A DNA stretch of 64,000 nucleotides, taken from positions 8,086-72,085 of the forward strand of contig JAHBWT010000003.1 in NCBI GenBank assembly GCA_019636815.1. Reading direction: 5' to 3'. The DNA comes from Nitrospira sp. (GTDB lineage Bacteria; Nitrospirota; Nitrospiria; Nitrospirales; Nitrospiraceae). Numbering within the stretch: the stretch's first letter is position 1; each line of letters begins with the position of its first letter. The notes below the pieces were generated by a model. That model ran no database searches and was not told where the DNA came from. It worked only from the letters and a program-made list of their open reading frames with translations. The position numbers were made by a program, and so were the translations under genes. Below are positions 38,065 through 47,366 of this stretch, in pieces.

Positions 38065-39357
38065 ATGCTCAATCGTAGAAGGCAGATGCAGTTCAGGGTA
38101 GTGATCATCACCATCGTCGGCATCGCTGCGTGGCTCCCTAGTGGGGACCTGTCCAATAGGGCTCGACCGTTCATGTCGTCCGTTGCCCTGGCCGGGGATC
38201 GCTCGTACGGGATGCAATCGACGAAGTCGGATGCCTTTGCAGACTTCAAGCAGGGACAAGCCTATGCCAATCAAAAGCAGTATGAGAAAGCGGTAGAAGC
38301 ATTTACCACAGCCGAACACAAAGGTCTGGTGCTCTATGAGTTATTCGTCTTTCGAGGATTCGCCTATCACGAGCTGAACCAACTCCAAAAAGCCCAAGAG
38401 GATGCCGAGAAGGCCATTGCGCTGCAACCTACGAGGATTTTGGGCTATGAATTGTTGGCGGCTGTGCACTATGCAATGAACCATCCTAATGACACGATCG
38501 AAGTGGTCACCAGGGGGCTTGCTCGGGTAGAAGGCCTCGAGAAGGCAAAACTCCAGAAAACTCGAGGTATTTTATTCTTGAAGCTTGGCCGGCAAGAAGA
38601 GGCCATTCGCGACCTGACTCAAGCCGAAGCGTTGGGACATGCTCCGGCAGTTCTCTACCACAGCCGGGGACGTGCTTATAGCGAACTAGGTCAGTACGAA
38701 TTTGCTCTTCGAGACTATTCGGAGTCGCTTACCATTAAACCAAGTGACAACCTTGCTCTCCGAGATCGGGGGTGGGTCTATGGCTGCATCGGGGAGTTCG
38801 ATAAGGCGCTGACAGACTTTGATCACATACTTGCCATGGACCAAGAGGATGTTTTGGTGCATAGCATGCGTGGATGGACACGACTGAATACCGGCGACGT
38901 TGAGGGCGCTCTGGCTGACCTGAATTATGCTGTGGCGCATGGAGACCAAGACCCTTGGACATTTCTTGGAGCTGCAGACGGCTACTATCTTCAGGGCAAC
39001 ATGACTAAAGCACTCGAAGTAAACGAACAAGGGTTAGCCCTAAAGAATGCTGATAAGGATGCAGACGCCAGATATAGGCTCCAGTTTCAACGAGGCCTAT
39101 TTCTCCTTGTGAAAGGACGAGAAGAGGAGGCTCTAAGGTTCTACAAAGAGGCGGAAGTTGCAGCCAGCAAGCAGCCAGATCCTCTCACGTTGAAGGAGGC
39201 GATTGCTGATATTCGGGGAGCGATTCACGTTCATCCTCAGATTGCCAAGGCAGCTGATTCCCTTCTGAAGGAACTTGAACGTACATTGGCGGAAACAAAG
39301 CCACCGCACAAGCCACGCCCGAATCAATGTCAGCGGCTCAGCAAAAGAAATGGGTGA
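38065..39357 (+). CDS. TPR repeat protein with N-terminal TM/signal segment
   Basis: Repeated A..Y...G.Y..A..D...A 34-mers throughout. Confidence 0.8.
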   Translation: MLNRRRQMQFRVVIITIVGIAAWLPSGDLSNRARPFMSSVALAGDRSYGMQSTKSDAFADFKQGQAYANQKQYEKAVEAFTTAEHKGLVLYELFVFRGFAYHELNQLQKAQEDAEKAIALQPTRILGYELLAAVHYAMNHPNDTIEVVTRGLARVEGLEKAKLQKTRGILFLKLGRQEEAIRDLTQAEALGHAPAVLYHSRGRAYSELGQYEFALRDYSESLTIKPSDNLALRDRGWVYGCIGEFDKALTDFDHILAMDQEDVLVHSMRGWTRLNTGDVEGALADLNYAVAHGDQDPWTFLGAADGYYLQGNMTKALEVNEQGLALKNADKDADARYRLQFQRGLFLLVKGREEEALRFYKEAEVAASKQPDPLTLKEAIADIRGAIHVHPQIAKAADSLLKELERTLAETKPPHKPRPNQCQRLSKRNG

Positions 39358-39438
39358 TCTCCAGACCAACCACACCACGTTCGCTCAACGACAATCTCCT
39401 GACCGTCACGGACGCGAAGAATCAGACGACCAGATCGG

Positions 39439-40184
39439 AGAAAAGGTGTCAGGAACCTTTTCTTGACATGAGGTGATCGGACGACATGCCATGCGCGGTC
39501 ATGGGCCGTCCGTTGCGAGTCGCTGTCGGGGGCATGATCTATCATGTCCTGAACCGAGCCAATGGCCGACTGCCGCTGTTTGAACAGGCCGGTGACTATG
39601 AGGCCTTTGAGAAGGTTCTTGGCGAAGCGCACACCCGTTGGCCAATGCGGATTGTGGCCTACTGCCTGATGCCCAACCACTGGCATCTCGTGCTGTGGCC
39701 TCGGCGAGACGATGATCTGTCGCGATTCATGGCCTGGGTGACGCTGACGCACACCCAGCGATGGCATGCCCACCGGCGGTCTGCTGGCGCGGGGCATCTC
39801 TATCAGGGGCGCTTCAAATCTTTTCCCGTGGAGGCGGACGACCACTTCCTCTCGGTGTGTCGGTATGTCGAACGCAACGCCGTGCGAGCACACCTGGTGA
39901 CTCGTGCGGAAGAGTGGCGCTGGTCAAGTCTGTGGCGGAGAGGGCAGAACAGCGTCCGGGCAGCTGCCTTCTTGTCTGAATGGCCGGTGGCTCGGCCGCG
40001 AGGCTGGGTGAAGTGGGTGAATGAGCCGCAGACGGATACTGAATTAGAAGCGCTGCGACGGTCTGTCTGCCGAGGGCAACCCTTTGGCTCGGAGGACTGG
40101 GTGCGGCGCACCGCGAACCGGCTAGAGTTGGACGGAACCCTCCGACCGCGAGGACGACCCAAAAATGCTTTAAAAGGTTCCTGA
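39439..40184 (+). mobile_element. RayT-type unit: Y1 transposase gene bracketed by 13-bp inverted repeats
   Basis: TCAGGAACCTTTT (39449-39461) is the exact reverse complement of AAAAGGTTCCTGA (40172-40184). The left copy lies within a 9-bp-stem hairpin, AGAAAAGGT-GTCAGGA-ACCTTTTCT (39439-39463). Confidence 0.55.
39486..40184 (+). CDS. REP-associated tyrosine transposase-like protein (IS200/IS605 Y1 superfamily)
   Basis: YHVLNRANG, LMPNHWHLVLWP (HuH) and RYVERNAV (catalytic Tyr region), plus a C-terminal extension. Confidence 0.8.
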   Translation: MPCAVMGRPLRVAVGGMIYHVLNRANGRLPLFEQAGDYEAFEKVLGEAHTRWPMRIVAYCLMPNHWHLVLWPRRDDDLSRFMAWVTLTHTQRWHAHRRSAGAGHLYQGRFKSFPVEADDHFLSVCRYVERNAVRAHLVTRAEEWRWSSLWRRGQNSVRAAAFLSEWPVARPRGWVKWVNEPQTDTELEALRRSVCRGQPFGSEDWVRRTANRLELDGTLRPRGRPKNALKGS

Positions 40185-40580
40185 GTTGAGCCAAACAAGA
40201 TGGGGCTCGAATCGTTTTGTACTTTGGAGCGTGTAGGCGAACCTGAGCCGTAAGCGTCTGTTGAGTTGGGGGCAATGACAAGAATGCGTTCGATAACAAA
40301 CCTTCGGCAATGCGATGGTGGTGCCCTTTACCAGCAGCTTCAAAACCCAATCGGTCATCGATAATGTGCGGCCTCCGGCGGTGCAGCCAAGCCCCAGTTC
40401 ATTGGCGTTCCACCAGATCAACCGACGAATAAACAAATCGCGCGTACTCAGTGGGTTGGGCACCCAGTATGTAAGACCTGGCTGGGACATCGCTCTTATT
40501 CGGTTCATCCTTCCACCCGTGACAGAAATCGCTGGATCTGCTATCTACTTGGCACCTCTTAAGAGAGCGCCACGTCATTT

Positions 40581-41678
40581 ATGACTCGACAGCAGATCTT
40601 CTCCATCGTGTTCTTTTCTCTGTTGGTGTTGTTGCTCTACCAGATTGGGTTGATGTTCAAACCGTTCTTATTTTCGGCGCTCTGGGCCGGGCTGCTTGCT
40701 CACTGGGCCTTCCCCTTGCATCTTCGTCTGACGAGACTGATCGCTGGCAAAGAGGCGCTATCCGCAGCCGTTCTGACCGTTGGGGCGTTGGCGATCGTGG
40801 TCGTCCCGTTGGTGGTGATGGGGGTCATGTTGGTGCGTGAGGCTGGCGTGGCGGAGCAGGAGGTCCGAGTCTGGATTGCAGGGGGAGGGCTGGAGAGACT
40901 ACCAGAGCAATTGGCGACCGTCCCCGTTATCGGTAGCTGGTTGAAGTCGGCTTTGGCAGGGAGTGCGACGCCCACCTTCTCCTTGGAACAGTCGGTGATG
41001 ACGGGAGTGAAGGAACTCAGCCAATTTCTGATCGGGGGGATGGGAGACCTGCTGAAGAGCACCTTCGCGCTCGTCGTCAATTTCCTCCTGATGTTGCTGA
41101 TCCTCTTTTTTCTCTTCACAGATGGCCGGCAGTGGCTCTCGGTGCTCTACGATTTGATTCCGATGGAGGAGACACACAAGTCAAGAATCCTGGTCCGGTT
41201 GGATCAAACGATTCGGGCCGTGGTGAAAGGGGTGCTGGTGACGGCGATCGTGCAGGGACTGCTGGCGGGTATGGCCTATGTGGCCCTCGGCGTGCCGTTT
41301 CCGATGGGACTCACGGCGTTGACCATCGTCTTAGCTCCCATCCCGTTCGGCGGAACCGGACTGGTCTGGTTGCCCGTGGCACTCTATCTATTCTGGGTCG
41401 GGATGACCGGGGAAGCACTGGCCATGCTGGTGTGGGGAATTGGTGTGGTCTCGATGGTCGATCAATTTCTTCGACCTTGGTTGATCGGTCAAGATGTACA
41501 GATTCCCGTGCTCTTGCTCGTCTTGAGCGTGTTAGGAGGATTAGCGCTCTACGGATTGCTCGGCCTGTTCATCGGTCCTATTCTCGTCAGTTTATTGATG
41601 ATCGCCGTGCAGATCTATCGAGAAGAATACCATCTTAAGCAGGTGGCTGAATCCGCGAACCCGCCCGCTTCTCCATAG
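40581..41678 (+). CDS. AI-2E family transporter (PerM/UPF0118)
   Basis: 365-aa polytopic protein; the C-terminal region VSMVDQFLRPWLIG is typical of the family. Confidence 0.88.
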   Translation: MTRQQIFSIVFFSLLVLLLYQIGLMFKPFLFSALWAGLLAHWAFPLHLRLTRLIAGKEALSAAVLTVGALAIVVVPLVVMGVMLVREAGVAEQEVRVWIAGGGLERLPEQLATVPVIGSWLKSALAGSATPTFSLEQSVMTGVKELSQFLIGGMGDLLKSTFALVVNFLLMLLILFFLFTDGRQWLSVLYDLIPMEETHKSRILVRLDQTIRAVVKGVLVTAIVQGLLAGMAYVALGVPFPMGLTALTIVLAPIPFGGTGLVWLPVALYLFWVGMTGEALAMLVWGIGVVSMVDQFLRPWLIGQDVQIPVLLLVLSVLGGLALYGLLGLFIGPILVSLLMIAVQIYREEYHLKQVAESANPPASP

Positions 41679-41720
41679 CAGTATGGCGACCCGTCGACGG
41701 TTCACGCGTAACGCGATCGG

Positions 41721-42314
41721 CTACTCGAGTGGAATGGTGATGGCGATTCCACCCATCACATCGTTCAACTGAAAATCCTGTTTCGGGCTCAGAGGATGAC
41801 TGTTATGGCAGGTGACGCAGGCGGGCGAGACGGCGCGATCTGAATAGATGGCTTGGAAATACTGCTTCTTGCCGCTTGAGACGATCCCGGTGATGGGGTG
41901 ATCCGGCTCTCGCCTGAGAGCGTCCAATGCCTTTCGCTCAAACTCGGTCGCAGGCGCATTACGCTGATAGATCGGGGAAAAGCCAATCAGCCTGTAACGG
42001 ATGCCTTTCCCGCTTTCCGCGACCAATCGACCGGAGTGTTGGAGGAACTGGGCGGGTAAGGGCAGCGTGTTGTCCTGTTCCCAATGTTCAGTCGAAGCCA
42101 CGACGCCCTTTTCCTGCAATCGGTTGACGATGTGTGAGGTGTAAAACGTGCGGTCGGCTTCCAGGACGGCATGGACGTAGTCGGCAACTTTCTCCGGCGT
42201 GATGCCGACTGATTTGGGGCTCTCTTTGGCGGCGTGGAGCCCAGCCGCAGTCCAGAATCCTCCTAAGAGGAATGCGACGGTTGTGGCTTTGAACGCGAAG
42301 CGGCGGTAGTCCAT
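41721..42314 (-). CDS. DUF3365 (Tll0287-like) periplasmic heme c sensor protein
   Basis: AAGGAG RBS 5 nt before the ATG at 42314; signal peptide; CVTCH heme-binding motif followed by ..MGGIAITIPL. Confidence 0.8.
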   Translation of the reverse strand: MDYRRFAFKATTVAFLLGGFWTAAGLHAAKESPKSVGITPEKVADYVHAVLEADRTFYTSHIVNRLQEKGVVASTEHWEQDNTLPLPAQFLQHSGRLVAESGKGIRYRLIGFSPIYQRNAPATEFERKALDALRREPDHPITGIVSSGKKQYFQAIYSDRAVSPACVTCHNSHPLSPKQDFQLNDVMGGIAITIPLE

Positions 42315-44743
42315 GGGTCTCCTTGAGAGGACGGTAAGGGATTGATCGGGAGCGTGACGAGACATGCCGTTCCTCGAGCGTCGGTGCACTCTATGCGGAT
42401 GTCGCCCCCGAACTTTCGGACAATCCGCCTTGCGACAGTGAGTCCGAGCCCTGAACCTTCTCCTTGCTCTTTCGTCGTGAAGAACGGGTCGAAGACTCTT
42501 GAAAGGTGCTGCTTGGCGATGCCCGGCCCGGAATCGGCGATGGTAATCGTGACGCTCTGATCTGAAACGACTGTCGCCAGCGTGAGTGTCCCGTTGCCCT
42601 TCATGGCATGGGCGGCATTGGTCAGCAGATTCAGGAACGCTTGCCGAAGTTGGTCCGGGAGCACGAGCACCGGAGTACCTCCGGCATAGGTCTTGTGGAT
42701 CACGACACCCTTCATCTCCCCAGTGGTTTTGGCGGTGGCAAGCGCGTCATCCAAGACCTCCTCCACATGCACGGGGATCGGCTGATCCGCACTCTCGCGA
42801 TCGATGACACCGGTAAAGTCGCGGATGATCGCGGCCATGCGACGGCCATGCGCCACGATGTCTCGCGCGTAGCTCTTGATATGCTCCACGTCCCGTTCAT
42901 CCTGAATCACTTCCCCCAATCCAATGATTCCGAACAAAGGATTGTTGAGTTCATGACCGATGCCGGCCGTCAATCTCCCAAGGCTTCCTGCCTTCTCCGC
43001 TTGAACAACCTGGTCCTGCAGCCGGCTTTCGTCCGTGATGTCCCGAAGCACCAGACCGATCGTGTCTTCTTCGCCCGGTTTGGCAGGCAGCCTGAACCAT
43101 TGATAATGGTAGATGCGCGGTCCGATGGTCAGTTCAGCGCGATGACCGGCCGGTTCATGACCTGGAAGAGGCTGTAACGGGTCTCTCGGTATCGTCTCAT
43201 GCTCAAGATCGGTGGCGGTGTTCGACGCACCGCCGTTCATCTGGAATTCCGCTTGAAGCTGTTTCTGAACGTCAGGAGCGAGCGACAGAATCGAAAACAG
43301 AGAGACGTCCGACAACGGCCCTCGTACCGCGAACGCGTCGCGGGCCGCCTGATTGATATAGCGCACGACTTGGCGGCCATCGATCAAGAGGATGGGAGTC
43401 GGAACGGCGTCCAAGATTTGATCCGTGGACTGCTGGAGGACCTGGACTTCTTGGGTTTTCAACTTGACTTGGTCGGTCAGTCCCGCAAATGCGGCTTTCA
43501 ACTGCGCATTCATGCGAGTGAATTCCCGGGCAAGGTCTTCCAACTCGTCGCCGGTGTTGATCTGAATCGGTGTCTGGAGCTCGCCACGCCCGATGGCTTG
43601 CGCCGCCTGTTGCAGCTGCCGGATCGGCGTGACGATACGACCTGCTGCAATGTAGCCCAGCGAGACGAGCAGCGCGGTGGCGACGGCTCCGAACACCATC
43701 ACCCAGGTGAGCAAATGCTGGATCGGCGCGAAGAGCTCATCGGACGATTGCCAGACGAATGTGTGCCACGATCCGTTGGTCGCCCGGCTGGTCTCAGGAA
43801 GTGGGGCAAAACCGATGACGGATGTTGAGTCTCCGCCGTGGCCGTCGCTGGCGGCTTGTACCCAGCCGGGATGTTGGGGGGTGACGAGCGGCGTCAGGTT
43901 TCGATCGGACAGAGGGACGCCGGTCGGAAGAATGGGGCAACTGATGACGATGCCGTGACTGTCAATCAGCATGACATGGCCGGTCTTGCCGAATCGAATG
44001 GCATGGGTTGCAGGGGAAAAGAACTCCTTGGCATCGATGACATGATGGAGTACTCCAACGGCTTCGTAACGCAGGCTATCCATGACAGGGAGGGAGATCG
44101 TGAAGACATACGCATTCACCTGGTCGTCGAAACGGATATCCTCGATGTAGAGCTTGCCTGCCGTTTTGTTGAAAGCCCCTTGCCACCAAGAGGTATCGTG
44201 GTGCCTGAAAGCCGGATGGTCGGTCATGGTGGCGACGAGTATTCCCTGCGCATCGGTCAGGAACAGCATCTTGGTCGATGCACGGACAACCTGTGGCAGC
44301 AACTGGCCCGGTGGGCTGTAGACTCCGGCATAGTATTCGCGGAGCAACGAGCTGATCGGATTCTCCGTCAGTGATTTCATCGCAGTAGGGTCTTGTCCTG
44401 CCCAGCGCTGTTCGAGCTCCGTGGAAGCCGCGGTCGAATGTTGTGGATCACGCGAGTCATCTCGACGGCGTTCTAGTTCCCGAATGATCGTCTGATCATG
44501 GGCGATCCGGGCGGTGTGCGAGATTTCTTCAACCACGAGCAGGTCGAGTTTGCGAGCCGCTTCCGTTGCTAGAGCTTCGAAGCTTTCTCCACTGATTTCG
44601 CGGATTTCCTGAGACCCTTGCCAGAAGGCCATGCCCAAGCCGATGACGAGGGGAACGATTCCGACAAGAAGCATGGACAGTATGACTTTGGTCTTGAGTC
44701 CCCATCGGCTGCTTGTCGGTGAGACTGTGGGCGTCGTCGTCAT
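42263..44743 (-). CDS. sensor histidine kinase (periplasmic Cache-like, HAMP, PAS, HisKA, HATPase)
   Basis: Two TM segments flank a periplasmic region of about 300 aa. HAMP (GDELEDLAREFTRMN), H-box GHELNNPL, DSGPGI and GSGLGL. Confidence 0.9.
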   Translation of the reverse strand: MTTTPTVSPTSSRWGLKTKVILSMLLVGIVPLVIGLGMAFWQGSQEIREISGESFEALATEAARKLDLLVVEEISHTARIAHDQTIIRELERRRDDSRDPQHSTAASTELEQRWAGQDPTAMKSLTENPISSLLREYYAGVYSPPGQLLPQVVRASTKMLFLTDAQGILVATMTDHPAFRHHDTSWWQGAFNKTAGKLYIEDIRFDDQVNAYVFTISLPVMDSLRYEAVGVLHHVIDAKEFFSPATHAIRFGKTGHVMLIDSHGIVISCPILPTGVPLSDRNLTPLVTPQHPGWVQAASDGHGGDSTSVIGFAPLPETSRATNGSWHTFVWQSSDELFAPIQHLLTWVMVFGAVATALLVSLGYIAAGRIVTPIRQLQQAAQAIGRGELQTPIQINTGDELEDLAREFTRMNAQLKAAFAGLTDQVKLKTQEVQVLQQSTDQILDAVPTPILLIDGRQVVRYINQAARDAFAVRGPLSDVSLFSILSLAPDVQKQLQAEFQMNGGASNTATDLEHETIPRDPLQPLPGHEPAGHRAELTIGPRIYHYQWFRLPAKPGEEDTIGLVLRDITDESRLQDQVVQAEKAGSLGRLTAGIGHELNNPLFGIIGLGEVIQDERDVEHIKSYARDIVAHGRRMAAIIRDFTGVIDRESADQPIPVHVEEVLDDALATAKTTGEMKGVVIHKTYAGGTPVLVLPDQLRQAFLNLLTNAAHAMKGNGTLTLATVVSDQSVTITIADSGPGIAKQHLSRVFDPFFTTKEQGEGSGLGLTVARRIVRKFGGDIRIECTDARGTACLVTLPINPLPSSQGDPWTTAASRSKPQPSHSS

Positions 44744-45882
44744 GACTGAACGTCCCCTTCCCCGAGCGATGGGTCACCAGGAAATGTGAGGGTAAACGTG
44801 GAGCCTTGACCGACATGGCTTTCGATTCCAATGGAGCCGTGCATCTGCTGGATCACATTTTTGACATTGTAGAGACCTAGTCCCGTTCCCTTCCCCGGCG
44901 GCTTCGTGGTGTAGAACGGCTCGAAAATTCTGGTCAATACCTCAGGCGCGATGCCGCAACCGGTGTCGGACACACGAACCTGCGTTGCGCCGGCCGCAGC
45001 GGTGGTTTCCAGGGTCAAGGTGCCGTGATGTTCCATGGCCTGAACCGCGTTCGTAATCAGGTTCACGAATACGTGGAGGAGTTTATCAGGATTTCCCTTG
45101 ACGACGGCCTCAGGTTGGTATCGCTTGCGAATTTCAATGTCTTGAAGCGCCACGGCATAGCGGGCGATCTTGAGGGCTTCATCGAGCTTGCTGTTGACGT
45201 GAATGAGGCCGTCCTGCCGTAAGGATGCGCGGCGAGAGTAGGAGGTGAGGTCCCGGCAAATGGCGGTCGTTCGTTTGACGGCATCAATGATATCCAGGGC
45301 TTGAGCGTGTACGGCCTCGATGTTCGTTTCGTCGGCCAGATTTTCGGCCATGCCGAGAATCAGCTGGAGCGGATTGTTCATGTCATGAGCGATGCCGGCC
45401 GCGAACGAGCCGAAGCCGGCGAGTTTCTCGGCATGGAGTAACTCGGTTTGCAACGTCGATTCATGTTGTACGAGCAGCCAGAAAAGCCGGGAAGCCTGCC
45501 CACTGACGATATCGACCCCGGTCGGTCTCTGTTGCCGAAGGGCTGATTCCACCGTCGGATCCCCCGTGACGTCCATCACAAGGTTGAGGGTTTGGTCCTT
45601 GAGCAGATCGGCGAACCGACCGGCCACCGGCACGTTCAGCTCCTGGGCCCGTTTTAGCCCTGGCGCTGAAGAGTCCCGGTCAGTAATGCCGACGATTTCA
45701 ATCGCCCGGATCTGATGGAGCACCTCGAGAAGCGCGGTGCCTCCACGGCCGGCACCGATAATCGCAACCCTCATCGGATGGGCAGCCAAGGGGTTGCTCC
45801 GTTCGCTCTCCGCCTTTGCATGAGCGATGGTCCGAGAAGCGGCCGCCGCACCCGTTCCCTCCGATGTGGTCCAGTCCATCAT
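44740..45882 (-). CDS. cytoplasmic histidine kinase with N-terminal Rossmann-fold domain
   Basis: VAIIGAGRGGTALLEVL (GxGxxG), then H-box IAHDMNNPL, DTGCGI and GTGLGL. No TM segment. Confidence 0.85.
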   Translation of the reverse strand: MMDWTTSEGTGAAAASRTIAHAKAESERSNPLAAHPMRVAIIGAGRGGTALLEVLHQIRAIEIVGITDRDSSAPGLKRAQELNVPVAGRFADLLKDQTLNLVMDVTGDPTVESALRQQRPTGVDIVSGQASRLFWLLVQHESTLQTELLHAEKLAGFGSFAAGIAHDMNNPLQLILGMAENLADETNIEAVHAQALDIIDAVKRTTAICRDLTSYSRRASLRQDGLIHVNSKLDEALKIARYAVALQDIEIRKRYQPEAVVKGNPDKLLHVFVNLITNAVQAMEHHGTLTLETTAAAGATQVRVSDTGCGIAPEVLTRIFEPFYTTKPPGKGTGLGLYNVKNVIQQMHGSIGIESHVGQGSTFTLTFPGDPSLGEGDVQS

Positions 45883-46313
45883 AGGGGCGCCAATTCTCGC
45901 CGTTCCATAGCGCGACCGACGGCAGCCTTCAAGGTCTCGCCCTCTACCGGCTTCACGAGATAATCCACCACACCCTGCCGGAGGAGAGAGGTCGCCATGT
46001 CGGTGTCAGGGAACCCGGTCAGAACAATCAAGGGCACGCGCGGATAGTTTTCGCGGAAGTAGGCAATCGCTTCGATACCATTCACCTTCGGCATTCGAAT
46101 GTCGCAGATCATGACATCCAATAACAGGCGATTTTCACCCGAGTTGATGACTTCAATGGCCTTCTCCCCATTCTCCGCTTCAAGTACGTCGTACCCAGCT
46201 TTTTGCAGAGTCATTCGCACGACCTTGCGGATGTCTGGCTCGTCATCGACGATCAGGACTCGACCGTTGCAGCTGTCACCTCCTACAAAAAAACCGGATT
46301 TGAATTCACTCAT
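45879..46313 (-). CDS. single-domain response regulator
   Basis: Inner start MSEFKS with AAAGGAGG RBS; VLIVDDEPD, DVMICDIRMP, KPV. Confidence 0.9.
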   Translation of the reverse strand: MSEFKSGFFVGGDSCNGRVLIVDDEPDIRKVVRMTLQKAGYDVLEAENGEKAIEVINSGENRLLLDVMICDIRMPKVNGIEAIAYFRENYPRVPLIVLTGFPDTDMATSLLRQGVVDYLVKPVEGETLKAAVGRAMERRELAPL

Positions 46314-46556
46314 GGCAACCTCCTTTGTGAAGACGGGGTGGTATGCTTTTCGTTCATATCTGTTGGCAAGGACGATGCCGAAATGTGACAAAGATATATG
46401 CAACGCTTTCGATAACTTGCCTGTCCAGGACTGAAGGCCCTGCTTAGAGTTGCTCACATACACCACCACAATGCTGAAAACCACCAACGAAGAGGCACAT
46501 TGCGTTTCGCAGCTGATTTCGGCTAGGGTATTGAAAAGCAAGAGGAGTGGAGGCCG

Positions 46557-46796
46557 GTGATTACACCAGACGTACTGACCGACTATATTCGAAAAAGCCT
46601 GCCGGATGCCGTGGTGACGGTGACTGATCGTACGGGAACGATGAATCACCTAAAGGTAGTCATTGTCTCCGAGGGGTTTCAGGGGAAAAACCTCCTGGAC
46701 CGGCATCGTATGGTCTATCAAGCGTTAGATGCGCCGATGAAGGATGGTCGGATTCATGCGCTGGAATTGACCGCCCGCACCAGGGATGAAGCATAG
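46557..46796 (+). CDS. bolA: BolA family protein
   Basis: 79 aa; SEGFQGKNLLDRHRMVYQAL..IHALEL. Confidence 0.85.
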   Translation: MITPDVLTDYIRKSLPDAVVTVTDRTGTMNHLKVVIVSEGFQGKNLLDRHRMVYQALDAPMKDGRIHALELTARTRDEA

Positions 46797-46805
46797 GAGG
46801 AGACC

Positions 46806-47129
46806 ATGGCCGATCCGATCGAAGAAGAAATTCAGCAAGAGGTAAAGGTTCATAAAATTTTGATTTATGGCAAGGGAACCAAGACGATGCCGATGTGCGG
46901 GTTCACGAGGGAGACCATGCAGTTTTTCGACAAGTATGGATATCCGTATGAACTCATCGATGTCCTGTCGCAACCGGCGAAACGGGAAGCGCTGACGAAG
47001 ATGACCAATTGGCCGACGCTTCCCAAGGTGTTCATCGACGGCACCTTTTACGGCGATACCGACATTCTCGATCCTATGGCTGCCAAGGGTGAGATCGAAC
47101 CACTGCTGAAAAAAGCATTTGAGAAATAA
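46806..47129 (+). CDS. monothiol glutaredoxin (Grx4 family), active site CGFT
   Basis: ILIYGKGTKTMPMCGFTRETMQFF..WPTLPKVFIDGTFYGDTD. Confidence 0.9.
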   Translation: MADPIEEEIQQEVKVHKILIYGKGTKTMPMCGFTRETMQFFDKYGYPYELIDVLSQPAKREALTKMTNWPTLPKVFIDGTFYGDTDILDPMAAKGEIEPLLKKAFEK

Positions 47130-47366
47130 GGAGAGCCTCGGCTGGCGAACGGCGCGCGAGGCTCGGTTGCGCCATGACGCATGGAGGCCAGACGACTAAC
47201 GAATCCTTACCTTTTCTCCGGATGCTCCTCTAAGGCTGCGACTTCATCGCAATGCCGTCGCATCCGACATTGTCCGCCAACAAATCTGGCAATTACTGCA
47301 ATGGCGCGAACCGCCTCGCACATCCGTTCCATCCGAGACTTAGAAAGATGGGGTGGAGAGGCTCCT

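Noticed and set aside
40170-40508. 112-aa minus-strand ORF (and the overlapping plus ORF 40315..40584) in the 400-nt segment between the RayT unit and the AI-2E gene.
   Set aside because: There is no RBS and no recognisable family. The resemblance to DUF433 or transposase fragments is too vague. It may be a gene remnant, but I cannot support a call.
47130-47366. A fourth member of the intergenic repeat family after the glutaredoxin gene (GGATGCT..GCATCC stem, CGCCTCGC block).
   Set aside because: Only short shared words are present, and there is no CAGGATGYTGAAA terminus or collinear blocks. The evidence is too thin without a proper alignment.
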